NCBI GenBank assembly: GCA_965250285.1
Contig: OZ252299.1
Span: 1,801,222-1,865,221, forward strand
Source of the DNA: Myxococcota bacterium
Lineage (GTDB): Bacteria; Myxococcota_A; UBA9160; UBA4427
Length of the DNA stretch: 64,000 bases
Reading direction: 5' to 3'
Shown here: positions 16,597 to 24,883 of the stretch, piece after piece
How positions within the stretch are numbered: position 1 is the stretch's first letter
Layout of the letters: each line of letters starts with the position of its first letter
Translations under genes and position numbers: made by a program
Notes under the pieces: generated by a model
Databases searched by the model: none
What the model was told of the DNA's origin: nothing
The model's input: only the letters and a program-made list of their open reading frames with translations

Positions 16597-18063
16597 TCAT
16601 AGCAGCGGCGAACTCACCCGCGCCACGGCCTCGAGGCCGCGCTGGGTGCCGCTCAGATCGGACCGGTCGGGTTCGGTGACGGGCTGCGCGCCGTGGGCAT
16701 CGCGCTCGAACCAGCGGGCCAGCTCGGCGTTGACGCCGGGGTCGTAGAACATCGCCGTGATCTCGTAGTTCAGATGAAAGCTGCGGATGTCCATGTTCGC
16801 CGAGCCGACGGCCGCCACGTTGTCGTCGATCAACAGATACTTGCTGTGGATCATGCGGGGCGATTCGAAGATTCTGCAACCCGCGCCGAGGAGCTCGTCG
16901 TAATAGCTGAGCGAGGCCCAGCGAACCCAGGCGTGATCGCCTTCGGCGGGCACGAGCAGCCGCACGTCGACACCCATTCGAGCCGCGCTCGTGAGCGCGA
17001 GCCGCAGGGCGTCGTCGGGGATCAGATACGGGGTCGCGATCCAACAGCGATCGAAGGCCTGCGCGATGGCGGCCGTGAACTGGGCCGAGATCGCGCCGGC
17101 GAGCCGAGCGTCGGGACCACTCGGGATGATCTGCACGAGTGGTCCCTCCCCCGCCCACGGGTCGACCTCGCTCTCGGCAGCGACGAGCGCGTCGGCCTCG
17201 CCGTCGAGCTCGCCGCCGGCGTCGATCCAGTCGCTCGCGAAGACCACCTCGAGCTCACGCACGGCCGGGCCTTCGAGCCGGACGACGAGGTCTTCCCAGG
17301 TGTCCGACTTCGGGCCGACCCCGAGGTACTCGTCCGCGATGTTGGCGCCGCCGAGGATCCCGATCTCGCCGTCGAAGAGCGCAATCTTGCGGTGGTTGCG
17401 AAAGTTCGCGCGCGCGGTGCGCAGCGAGGCCGCGAAGATCGGCGCGAACGCCCGCACCTCGCCGCCTGCGCTCACGAGCTCGGCGAAGTGCGACGCCGGC
17501 AGCCCGAAGCTCCCCAGGTGGTCATAGAGCACCCGCACGCCCACACCGGCGCGCGCGCGCCGCGTGAGCGCCTCGGTGACCGATCGCCCCGCCGCGTCGT
17601 CCCGCCAGATGTAGAACTCGAAGTGGATCGTCTCGCGGGCCGTCTCGATGCGCTCGAGCAGCAGCGCATGCGCCGCGGCATCGGCTCGGATGAGCCGCAC
17701 CTCGTGCGCGCGCCGCAGCGGCGTGGGCCCGCTCGAGAGCGCCAGCCGCACGAGCCCCCTCTGGCGCTTGTCGAGCTCGGCCGGCAGCCGGCCCGGGTGC
17801 GTTCGCTGGGCTTCGGCGAGGGCCGTGGCGTGAATGCGGGCGCGGCCGCGACGCGCGTGGCGCCGGGCCGGGCGTCGGCCAATGGCGAGGTAGAGCAGCA
17901 GGCCGACGACGGGCATCAGCACCATGGCGAGGACCCACACGAGGGTGGTGCGCGGATGACGGCGTTCGAGCACGACGTAGCCGATGCCCGTGACGAGATA
18001 GGCAAAGAACCCCGCCTCGAGGGCCCAGCGCGGTACCTCGACCCAGCCGGGCAGCCAATCCAC
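16597..18063 (-). CDS. cls: cardiolipin synthase (PLD superfamily, two HKD motifs)
   Basis: HKD motifs HRKIALFDGEIGILGGANIADEY and HSKYLLIDDNVAAVGSANMDIRS. Two N-terminal TM helices. Start trimmed to GTG 18063-18061 (VDWLPGWVEVPRW), preceded by GAGGGGGG; the track ORF runs to 18207. Confidence 0.9.
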   Translation of the reverse strand: MDWLPGWVEVPRWALEAGFFAYLVTGIGYVVLERRHPRTTLVWVLAMVLMPVVGLLLYLAIGRRPARRHARRGRARIHATALAEAQRTHPGRLPAELDKRQRGLVRLALSSGPTPLRRAHEVRLIRADAAAHALLLERIETARETIHFEFYIWRDDAAGRSVTEALTRRARAGVGVRVLYDHLGSFGLPASHFAELVSAGGEVRAFAPIFAASLRTARANFRNHRKIALFDGEIGILGGANIADEYLGVGPKSDTWEDLVVRLEGPAVRELEVVFASDWIDAGGELDGEADALVAAESEVDPWAGEGPLVQIIPSGPDARLAGAISAQFTAAIAQAFDRCWIATPYLIPDDALRLALTSAARMGVDVRLLVPAEGDHAWVRWASLSYYDELLGAGCRIFESPRMIHSKYLLIDDNVAAVGSANMDIRSFHLNYEITAMFYDPGVNAELARWFERDAHGAQPVTEPDRSDLSGTQRGLEAVARVSSPLL

Positions 18064-18277
18064 CTCGCCCCCCTCTTCGCGCCCCGCCGATGCCCCACTC
18101 GATCCGCGGTGCCCTTCGGTCGCCCGTCCCCATCGTATCGCCTTCGCGCGCAAGCGGTGTCGCCCATTGCGCGACGCGCCCGGCGCCGCCGCACGGTCTC
18201 TTCCCACGAGCGAGCGCGGCCGGCCGGGCTATGGTTCGCCGCCGCCCTTCCACCCCCAACGCCCGACGGAGCCCATC

Positions 18278-19609
18278 GTGTGGGACGAGCTCAGGCGCCT
18301 CGCCCGGCTCGCCATGCCCGTCATGGCGGCGCAGGTGGGCGGCATGCTGATCGGCACCGTCGACACGATGATGGTGGGCCGTGTCAGCGTCGATGCCCTC
18401 GCGGCCGCGGCCATCGCGAACGCGTGGATCCACGGCCTGCTGCTGATGGCGCAAGGGGTCGTGTGGGGGATCGATCCCCTGGTGAGTCAAGCCCACGGTG
18501 CTCGCCGGCCCGACCTCGCGGCCGAGGCGATGCAGCGCGGCGTGCTGCTCGGCATCGCCGTGAGCGTGCCCGTGAGCGCGGCGCTCTACTTCACCGAGGA
18601 GGCGCTGCTCCTGCTCGGACAGGCCCCTGAACTCGCCGCAGAGGCCGAGCGCTACTCGGTCGTACAGATCCCGTCGGTGCCGTGCTTCCTCGTCTTCATG
18701 GCGGTCCGCCAGTGGCTGCAGGGGCGCGAGATCGTACGACCCGGCATGTGGATCATGCTCGTCGCTAACGTCTTCAACGTCGCCGCGAACTACGTGCTGA
18801 TCTTCGGCGCGCTGGGGGTGCCGGCGCTCGGGCTCGTGGGGGCGGGGATCGCATCAGGGGCGACGCGCATCTTCATCATGCTGGCGCTGATGGCGTGGGT
18901 ATGGGGCTTCAAGCTGCACGTGGGAGCCTGGTCGAAGCCCGGCCGATACCTGTTCGAGCGGGCCGAGCTCGCCCGTATTCTGAGGGTCGGCATTGCGGTC
19001 TCGATCCAGCTCGCGCTCGAGATCTGGGCCTTCGGCGGCTCGACCCTGCTCGCGGGGCTGCTCGATCCGGTTGCGCTGGCGGCCCATACGATCGCCCTCA
19101 ACCTCGCGGCGCTCTCGTTCATGATGCCGCTCGGCATCTCGCAGGCCGCGGCCGTGCGCGTCGGCAACCTGATCGGCGCGGGCGATCGCGCGGGGGCCCA
19201 ACACGCTGCAACGGTCGCCATGGCCCTCGGTGGCGGCGTCATGGCCGTGGCGGCCGTCGTGTTCGTCTTCGGGCGCGCGCTGCTGCCGCGCCTGTACACG
19301 GGCGACGCCACCGCGATCGCGGCCGCCGCCGCCGTGCTGCCGATCGCGGCGGCGTTCCAGGTCTTCGACGGCGTCCAGGTGGTCGGCTGCGGCGTGTTGC
19401 GGGGCATGGGGCACACGCGCCCCGCCGCCGTGTTCAACTTCGTGGGCTACTGGGTCGTGGGCCTGCCGCTCGGGGCTGCGCTGGCGCTGCGGTTCGGATG
19501 GGGCCTGCCCGGCATCTGGTGGGGGCTCGCGACCGGCCTGCTGCTCGTCGCCTCGTCGCTCGTCGTGTACGTGCGGCGACGAGGTCCGGCGCACGCCCGG
19601 GCCATCTGA
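18278..19609 (+). CDS. MATE-family efflux transporter (second copy)
   Basis: LARLAMPVMAAQVGGMLIGTVDTMMVGRVSVDALAAAAIANAW is MATE-type. Polytopic. Start trimmed to GTG 18278, preceded by GACGGAG; track start is 18167. Confidence 0.85.
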   Translation: MWDELRRLARLAMPVMAAQVGGMLIGTVDTMMVGRVSVDALAAAAIANAWIHGLLLMAQGVVWGIDPLVSQAHGARRPDLAAEAMQRGVLLGIAVSVPVSAALYFTEEALLLLGQAPELAAEAERYSVVQIPSVPCFLVFMAVRQWLQGREIVRPGMWIMLVANVFNVAANYVLIFGALGVPALGLVGAGIASGATRIFIMLALMAWVWGFKLHVGAWSKPGRYLFERAELARILRVGIAVSIQLALEIWAFGGSTLLAGLLDPVALAAHTIALNLAALSFMMPLGISQAAAVRVGNLIGAGDRAGAQHAATVAMALGGGVMAVAAVVFVFGRALLPRLYTGDATAIAAAAAVLPIAAAFQVFDGVQVVGCGVLRGMGHTRPAAVFNFVGYWVVGLPLGAALALRFGWGLPGIWWGLATGLLLVASSLVVYVRRRGPAHARAI

Positions 19610-19650
19610 CTCGCGCGCGGGCTGTCGTCGCCGCGGCGGTGGACCTTCCG

Positions 19651-19725
19651 ATGCAGCGGCACCCGACGGAGCGGCGCCTGATCCAGCAGCACCCGATGCT
19701 GCAGCGCCCGATGCAGCAGCGCCCG
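19651..19725. repeat. degenerate 15-bp tandem repeat x5 (consensus atgcagcagcgcccg)
   Basis: Units: atgcagcggcacccg / acggagcggcgcctg / atccagcagcacccg / atgctgcagcgcccg / atgcagcagcgcccg. It lies in the convergent intergenic region between the MATE gene (stop 19609) and the hydroxylase gene (stop 20056). Confidence 0.8.
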
Positions 19726-20055
19726 AGGGAGAGATGGGGTCTCCGCTCGGGCGCCTACCGTTCGTTCGGGTCGCGGCTCCATGGCCGACCACGACCGACC
19801 ATGTGGGGCGCGGCGGCCGGCTCGATACCCCGGATACTCATGGGGGGAAACGAGGTTCGAGTCGTCGCGCGCAGACGTCGGCTGCGTTCGAAGGCAGCGA
19901 TCGACGACCAGCACACGGTGCTTCGGGCCGAACGGCCAGCCCGTACGAGGATGATGCGCCTCGTCCCGACGGCCGTCAACTTCGAAAGCGTTGATCGACA
20001 AAGAATCGTGTCGGCGTGCCACCTGGCGCACCTAGAACCGCGCGCGTGTCGCGGG

Positions 20056-20970
20056 TCACGAAGCCTGGGGCGAAGAGCGTGTGGGCTCGGCCCGGCGGTC
20101 GCGTGGCGTTCGTGCGGCGGCCCGACGCAGCTGGCCGGCCGTGAGCGTGCGCCCGTCGGGGCTCCACCCCGGAGGCCACAGCGCATATCGCAGCGCATCG
20201 GCGAGGGACGCGGCGCCGGCCACATCCCGCCCGATCGCAGCGAACTCGTGAAACGCGATGCGAACGGGGTTGAACGTGTCGATCTGCGTGGTGAGCCCGT
20301 AGTCGACGGGCGCGCGCTCGGGCTCGAACGTGCCGAAGAGCCGATCCCAGACGATCAGGATGCCGCCGTGGTTGCGGTCGAGATACTCCACGTTGCGGCC
20401 GTGGTGCACGCGGTGGTGCGACGGGGTGTTGAAGAGCCACTCGAAGGGGCCGAGTCGGCCGATCAGCTCAGTGTGGATCCAGAACTGGTACACGAGACTG
20501 ATCGCCTGAGCGGTGAAGATCATCGCGGGTGTGAAGCCGACGAACGCGAGCGGCGTCCAGAAGACCGGGCCCGTGAGCGGCGTCGTCCACGACTGCCGCA
20601 GCGCCGTCGACAGATTGTAATGGCGGCTCGAGTGGTGGTTCTCGTGCGCCGCCCACAGCAAGCGCACCTCGTGATGCGCGCGGTGGAACCAGTAGTAACA
20701 GAAGTCTTCGAGCGGGATGAGCAGCAGCCAGGCCACCGCAGTCTCACCGAGCGAGAGCACCCGGTGCTCGTAGCAGAATGCGAAGAGTGCGGCCGTGCCC
20801 AGCTTTGCAACGAAGCTCACGACCACGTTGCCGATGCCCATCGCGAGGCTCGCCGCTGTGTCCTTCGGCGCATAGCCGCGCGCCCCTGCTTCGCCGCGAT
20901 GCGACGCCCAGGCCTCGACGATCATCAGCAGCACGAACGCCGGGACGGCGTAGTAGACGAGCTCACTCAC
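20056..20970 (-). CDS. fatty-acid hydroxylase / sterol desaturase family membrane di-iron enzyme
   Basis: Histidine boxes HRAHHEVRLLW, HENHHSSRHYN and HHRVHHGRN in a polytopic protein. It follows tetR by 27 nt on the same strand. Confidence 0.85.
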   Translation of the reverse strand: MSELVYYAVPAFVLLMIVEAWASHRGEAGARGYAPKDTAASLAMGIGNVVVSFVAKLGTAALFAFCYEHRVLSLGETAVAWLLLIPLEDFCYYWFHRAHHEVRLLWAAHENHHSSRHYNLSTALRQSWTTPLTGPVFWTPLAFVGFTPAMIFTAQAISLVYQFWIHTELIGRLGPFEWLFNTPSHHRVHHGRNVEYLDRNHGGILIVWDRLFGTFEPERAPVDYGLTTQIDTFNPVRIAFHEFAAIGRDVAGAASLADALRYALWPPGWSPDGRTLTAGQLRRAAARTPRDRRAEPTRSSPQAS

Positions 20971-20997
20971 GCCGGGATGCTCGGACGGCTCGGGCGC

Positions 20998-21711
20998 TCA
21001 CGCGACATGGCCACCGGTCACGACGAGCTGGAGGATCGACGCGGTCGTGCGGATCAGCTCGTCGCGCCGGACGCCCCGGTCGCCGAGCAGGCGCACGTGA
21101 GCGGCGAGCTTCTCGAGCATCGAGACCAGGGCCGCCGCCGCGGCGTACGGGTGCATGCCCGGCCGCTCGGGGTTCTCGGCCTCGATCTTCTCGGCGAGCG
21201 CATCGAGCACGGGCGCAAGCGCCTTACGGCGCGCCTCCTGAAACCGCACGTCGCCGCGGTCGGCCGCGAGATTGCGCACCGTCAGCACCGGATGGTGCGT
21301 CTCCCAGTGCTCGATGAAACGATCGGCGAGGTCGCGCGAGGTCGTCTCGCCGGCGGTGCCGTGCCACTCGCCGGAGATCAACGCCAGCAATGCCGGCGTC
21401 TCCTCGGCGGCCTGGGCCGCGAGCAGCAGCGCGGCCTCCTCGACATCCTTGAAGTAGTGGTAGAACGTGGCGGGCGAAGTCTCGGCTCGGCGGGCGATAT
21501 CAACGACGGCGATGTCGAGGATGCTGCGCTCGCGCAGCAGCTCCTCGGTCGCGTCGAGCAGACGCTGGCGCGTCTTGAGCGCACGGGGGCCCAGCGTGCG
21601 GCCCGTCTGAGCCACCGCCTCCTCGGTCACGACCGGCTCCGCTCCGCTCGCGTCGTGCGCGCTTCCAGGCGCATTCGCTCGAGCCGCGCTCTGGGGATCG
21701 CTCCCGCTCAC
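20998..21711 (-). CDS. TetR/AcrR-family transcriptional regulator
   Basis: N-terminal HTH LLDATEELLRERSILDIAVVDIARRAETSPATFYHYFKDVEEA. Divergent from an ACAD gene. Confidence 0.9.
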   Translation of the reverse strand: MSGSDPQSAARANAPGSAHDASGAEPVVTEEAVAQTGRTLGPRALKTRQRLLDATEELLRERSILDIAVVDIARRAETSPATFYHYFKDVEEAALLLAAQAAEETPALLALISGEWHGTAGETTSRDLADRFIEHWETHHPVLTVRNLAADRGDVRFQEARRKALAPVLDALAEKIEAENPERPGMHPYAAAAALVSMLEKLAAHVRLLGDRGVRRDELIRTTASILQLVVTGGHVA

Positions 21712-21922
21712 CTCTTCACTCCTCCCTCTCTCCTCTGCGCCGCGGCCCAGTCGCCCCTGCTTCGATCAAACTAGCGAACGCCTCTGGGCCTCCGCCGCGG
21801 CGGCGCGCCCCGAGCATCGACACGGCGTTCGAAGCGGTGCTCGAGATGCCCCCTCCCGCACGACACGCCTTGGCATCGTGGGGCGCCGGGACGCGCTGGC
21901 GGCCCCACGGCCCGTCTGCAAA

Positions 21923-21939
21923 TCTAACGACCCGTCAGC
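21923..21939. promoter_or_regulatory. imperfect copy (TCTAACGA-C-CCGTCAGC) of the 17-bp palindrome; candidate operator in the tetR/ACAD divergent region
   Basis: 13 of 16 arm positions match TCTGACGG-n-CCGTCAGA. It lies 57 nt upstream of the ACAD ATG at 21996. Confidence 0.4.
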
Positions 21940-21995
21940 TCGCTGGCCGCAGCCGAGCGAGTCGCCCACCCCGCGCACGGAGCCCGAGTCGCCCC

Positions 21996-23123
21996 ATGGA
22001 CGTCCAGCTCGACGAAGCGCAGCTGCTGCTCCGCGACACCGCCCGCGAGTTCCTCGCGACCGAGTGCCCGGTCGAAATCGCGCGCGCGCGGATGGACGAT
22101 CCTCACTCGTTTGCCGAGGCCGTCTGGAAGCAGATGGCCGAGCTCGGCTGGGCGGGCCTCTACGTGCCGGCCGAACGCGGGGGCGCCGGCCTCGACCTCG
22201 TCACGGTCTCGCTTCTGCTCGAAGAGCTCGGTCGGGTGCTCGCCCCCACGCCCTTTCTGATGTCGGCGCTCGTCGCACCCGGCACCATCACCCGCTTCGG
22301 CTCGATCGCTCAGCAGGCCGACTGGCTGCCCGCGCTCGCCGCCGGCGAGTGGCGCGTCGCCTTCGCACATCTCGGCGACGAGCCGCGCTGGGACGTCGCA
22401 GGATGCGGCGTCGAGGGCCACCTCGAAGGCGACCGACTGCGCCTCGATGGCCACGCGCGCTTCGTGCAGGACGGCCTGACGGCCTCCCATCTGCTGGTCA
22501 CGTGTCGGCTGGGCGACCGGATCGGGCTCGCGCTGGTGAACAACCAGCAGCCGCGCCTCGCGCACCGCGCCATCGACTTCAACGAAAAGACGCGCAGCTG
22601 GGCCGACATTCGGTTCGATGGCGTGAACGTGCGAAGCGCCGCATTGATCGGCGGTTCGGAGCGCGGTGGCGACGCCTTCGCGTACGCGCTCGACCTCGCG
22701 CGAGCGGGCCTCGCCGCCGAACTCGCCGGGGCCGGTCGCCAGGTGCTCGAGATGTCGGTCCTCTACGCGAAGCAGCGCGAGCAGTTCGGTCAGCCGATCG
22801 GCCAGTTCCAGGCGATCGCCCACAAATGCGCCGACATGCTCGTCGCGGTCGAGAGCATGAGCTCGGCGGCGACCTACGCGGCGTGGAGCGTCGGCACCGA
22901 CGAGGCCGATGCACGCACGTCGGCCTGCCTCGCGAAGTCGTTCTGCAGCGACGCCGCGACGCGCGTCGCAGGCGACGGGATCCAGGTCCACGGCGGTCTC
23001 GGCTTCACCTGGGAGCAGGATCTCCACCTGTACTTCAAGCACGCCAAGGCGGCCGAGTTTCTCTACGGCAACAGCCACGCGCTGCGTGAGATCGCCGCTC
23101 GCGATCTGATCGACGGGGCTTGA
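21996..23123 (+). CDS. acyl-CoA dehydrogenase family protein
   Basis: MDVQLDEAQLLLRDTAREFLATECP... and a C-terminus GDGIQVHGGLGFTWEQDLHLYFKHAKAAEFLYG typical of ACADs. Start trimmed to ATG 21996 (track 21837). Confidence 0.85.
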   Translation: MDVQLDEAQLLLRDTAREFLATECPVEIARARMDDPHSFAEAVWKQMAELGWAGLYVPAERGGAGLDLVTVSLLLEELGRVLAPTPFLMSALVAPGTITRFGSIAQQADWLPALAAGEWRVAFAHLGDEPRWDVAGCGVEGHLEGDRLRLDGHARFVQDGLTASHLLVTCRLGDRIGLALVNNQQPRLAHRAIDFNEKTRSWADIRFDGVNVRSAALIGGSERGGDAFAYALDLARAGLAAELAGAGRQVLEMSVLYAKQREQFGQPIGQFQAIAHKCADMLVAVESMSSAATYAAWSVGTDEADARTSACLAKSFCSDAATRVAGDGIQVHGGLGFTWEQDLHLYFKHAKAAEFLYGNSHALREIAARDLIDGA

Positions 23124-23153
23124 ACCGCTCGCCGGCCCGCCGAGCGCTTCGCC

Positions 23154-24347
23154 CTAGCGGCCCCGCGGCAGCCCCAGCACGCGGTGGGCGATGATGCCCC
23201 GCTGCACTTCCGACGTCCCGGCGTAGATCGTGGCAGCCCGGCTCCAGAGCGACTCGTAGGCCCAGTAGCCGTCGTCGATCGCGAGGGGATCGCCCTCGGC
23301 GACCAGGCCGGCCGGGCCGAGCATGTCGAGGGCGGTTTGCTTGACCTGCTGGTCGAGCTCGCTCCAGATGATCTTGAGCGTCGACCCTTCGGGCCCTGGG
23401 ATGCCCTTGTCCTTCAAGGCCGACACGTTCCGGTAGGCCGACATCTTCATCACCAGGGTGCGCGCGGCGAAATCCATGAGCTTCTGACGCAGCTCAGGGT
23501 CCTGATCGGCCGTCGAGGCGCCGCGGGGGGTGCGTTTCGCCGCGGCGATCATCAGATCGAGATCGGCCGTCAAGCGGGCATGCTGGGCCGATGAGCCGCG
23601 CTCGACGGCGAGCGTCGTCATCACGATGTCCCAGCCTCGATCGATCTCGCCCACCACGTTGCCGATGGGCACGGCGACGTCGTCGAAGAAGACCTCGTTG
23701 AACCAGGCGTGGCCCGTCATCTCGACCAGAGGACGAATCGTGATGCCCGGCGAATCCATGTCGACGAGCAGAAACGAGAGCCCGCGATGCTTCACCGAGT
23801 CGGGGTCGGTGCGAACGACCAGAATGCACCACTGCGACTGGTGCGCGAAGCTCGTCCAGATCTTCTGACCATTCACGATGATCTCGTCGCCGCGCACCTC
23901 GCCACGCGTGCGCAGCGCCGCGAGATCGCTGCCCGCACCCGGCTCCGAGAAGCCCTGGCACCAGATCTCCTCGCCGCGCAGAATCGGACCGAGAAAGCGC
24001 TCCTTCTGCCACTCGGCGCCTTCGGCGATCAGAGTCGGCCCGACGAGCGACGTGCCCACCGACAGGCTGATCAGGTTCGGGCCACGCGCGCGGGTGTACT
24101 CCTCGAGCCAGATCATGTTCTCGACCAGGCCCACCTCCTGACCGCCGTAGGCCTTCGGCCAGTCGAGACCGGCCCAACCGCCTTCGTAGAGCTGCCCCTG
24201 CCATTGCTTCAGAAACGCCACCTCTTCGGCGGGGGTCGAGGGCTTGGGAAACGCTGCCGTGCCCCAGCCCTCGGGCAGGTTCGCCTCGAGCCATTCGCGC
24301 GCCTTGGCGCGGAACTTCGCCTCTTCGGGGGAGTCGTTCAGATCCAC
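23154..24347 (-). CDS. acyl-CoA dehydrogenase
   Basis: 397 aa. WCQGFSEPGAGSDLAALRTRGE, KIWTSFAHQSQWCILVVRTD and a C-terminal YAGTSEVQRGIIAHRVLGLPR are canonical ACAD blocks. Confidence 0.9.
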   Translation of the reverse strand: MDLNDSPEEAKFRAKAREWLEANLPEGWGTAAFPKPSTPAEEVAFLKQWQGQLYEGGWAGLDWPKAYGGQEVGLVENMIWLEEYTRARGPNLISLSVGTSLVGPTLIAEGAEWQKERFLGPILRGEEIWCQGFSEPGAGSDLAALRTRGEVRGDEIIVNGQKIWTSFAHQSQWCILVVRTDPDSVKHRGLSFLLVDMDSPGITIRPLVEMTGHAWFNEVFFDDVAVPIGNVVGEIDRGWDIVMTTLAVERGSSAQHARLTADLDLMIAAAKRTPRGASTADQDPELRQKLMDFAARTLVMKMSAYRNVSALKDKGIPGPEGSTLKIIWSELDQQVKQTALDMLGPAGLVAEGDPLAIDDGYWAYESLWSRAATIYAGTSEVQRGIIAHRVLGLPRGR

Positions 24348-24363
24348 GACGCTGCGACCTCGC

Positions 24364-24843
24364 TCAGCCGCCGAGCGGCGGGTTGTACATCGTCAGGCCC
24401 TTGTAGACGAGCGCCGGGCGATCGCTGCCCACGACGTGCACCGCGGTCTCGTTCGTGAGCAGCGTGCCCTTCGGCTTCGCCTGCACGTCGATCAGTCGGC
24501 TGTGGGCATGGACCGATGCCCCGCACGGCACCGGCGAGAGAAAGCGCAGACCGTCGGCCCCGTAGTTGGTCGCGTTGCCATAGCCGGTCACCACGAAGCC
24601 CGCTGCGCCGCCGATGTAGGGCAACAGCGACAGCGTGAAGAAGCCGTGCACGATCGGCCCGCCAAACGGGCTCTGCTCCTTCGCCCGTTCGACGTCGATG
24701 TGGATCCACTGGTGATCCCCCGTCAGGTCGGCGAACTGATTCACCATCTCCTGGGTCACGGTCATCTCACGACCCCAGTCACCGTAGTCTTCGCTGATCT
24801 TGGCCTTCAGTGCGTCGATGTCGTCGAAGCGGATCTGATCCAA
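24364..24843 (-). CDS. MaoC-like (R)-specific enoyl-CoA hydratase (hot-dog fold)
   Basis: 159 aa. FADLTGDHQWIHIDVERAKEQSPFGGPIVHGFFTLSLL is the MaoC dehydratase signature. Confidence 0.85.
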   Translation of the reverse strand: MDQIRFDDIDALKAKISEDYGDWGREMTVTQEMVNQFADLTGDHQWIHIDVERAKEQSPFGGPIVHGFFTLSLLPYIGGAAGFVVTGYGNATNYGADGLRFLSPVPCGASVHAHSRLIDVQAKPKGTLLTNETAVHVVGSDRPALVYKGLTMYNPPLGG

Positions 24844-24883
24844 GGCTCTGGCTCTCCTCTCGCCGCAGGCACGGGTGCCGGCC

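Noticed and set aside
19854-19863. GGTTCGAGTC, a tRNA T-loop-like decamer in the 19.6-20.05 kb gap
   Set aside because: The flanking bases do not form a T-stem (ACGAG/CGAGG versus TCGTC/CGTCG are not complementary). No acceptor or anticodon arms could be drawn. It is not a tRNA.
18895-21774. 959-aa plus-strand ORF spanning the MATE, hydroxylase and TetR loci
   Set aside because: It runs through genes on both strands that have clear family signatures. Its composition is R/G/A/P-dominated. It is a high-GC artefact.
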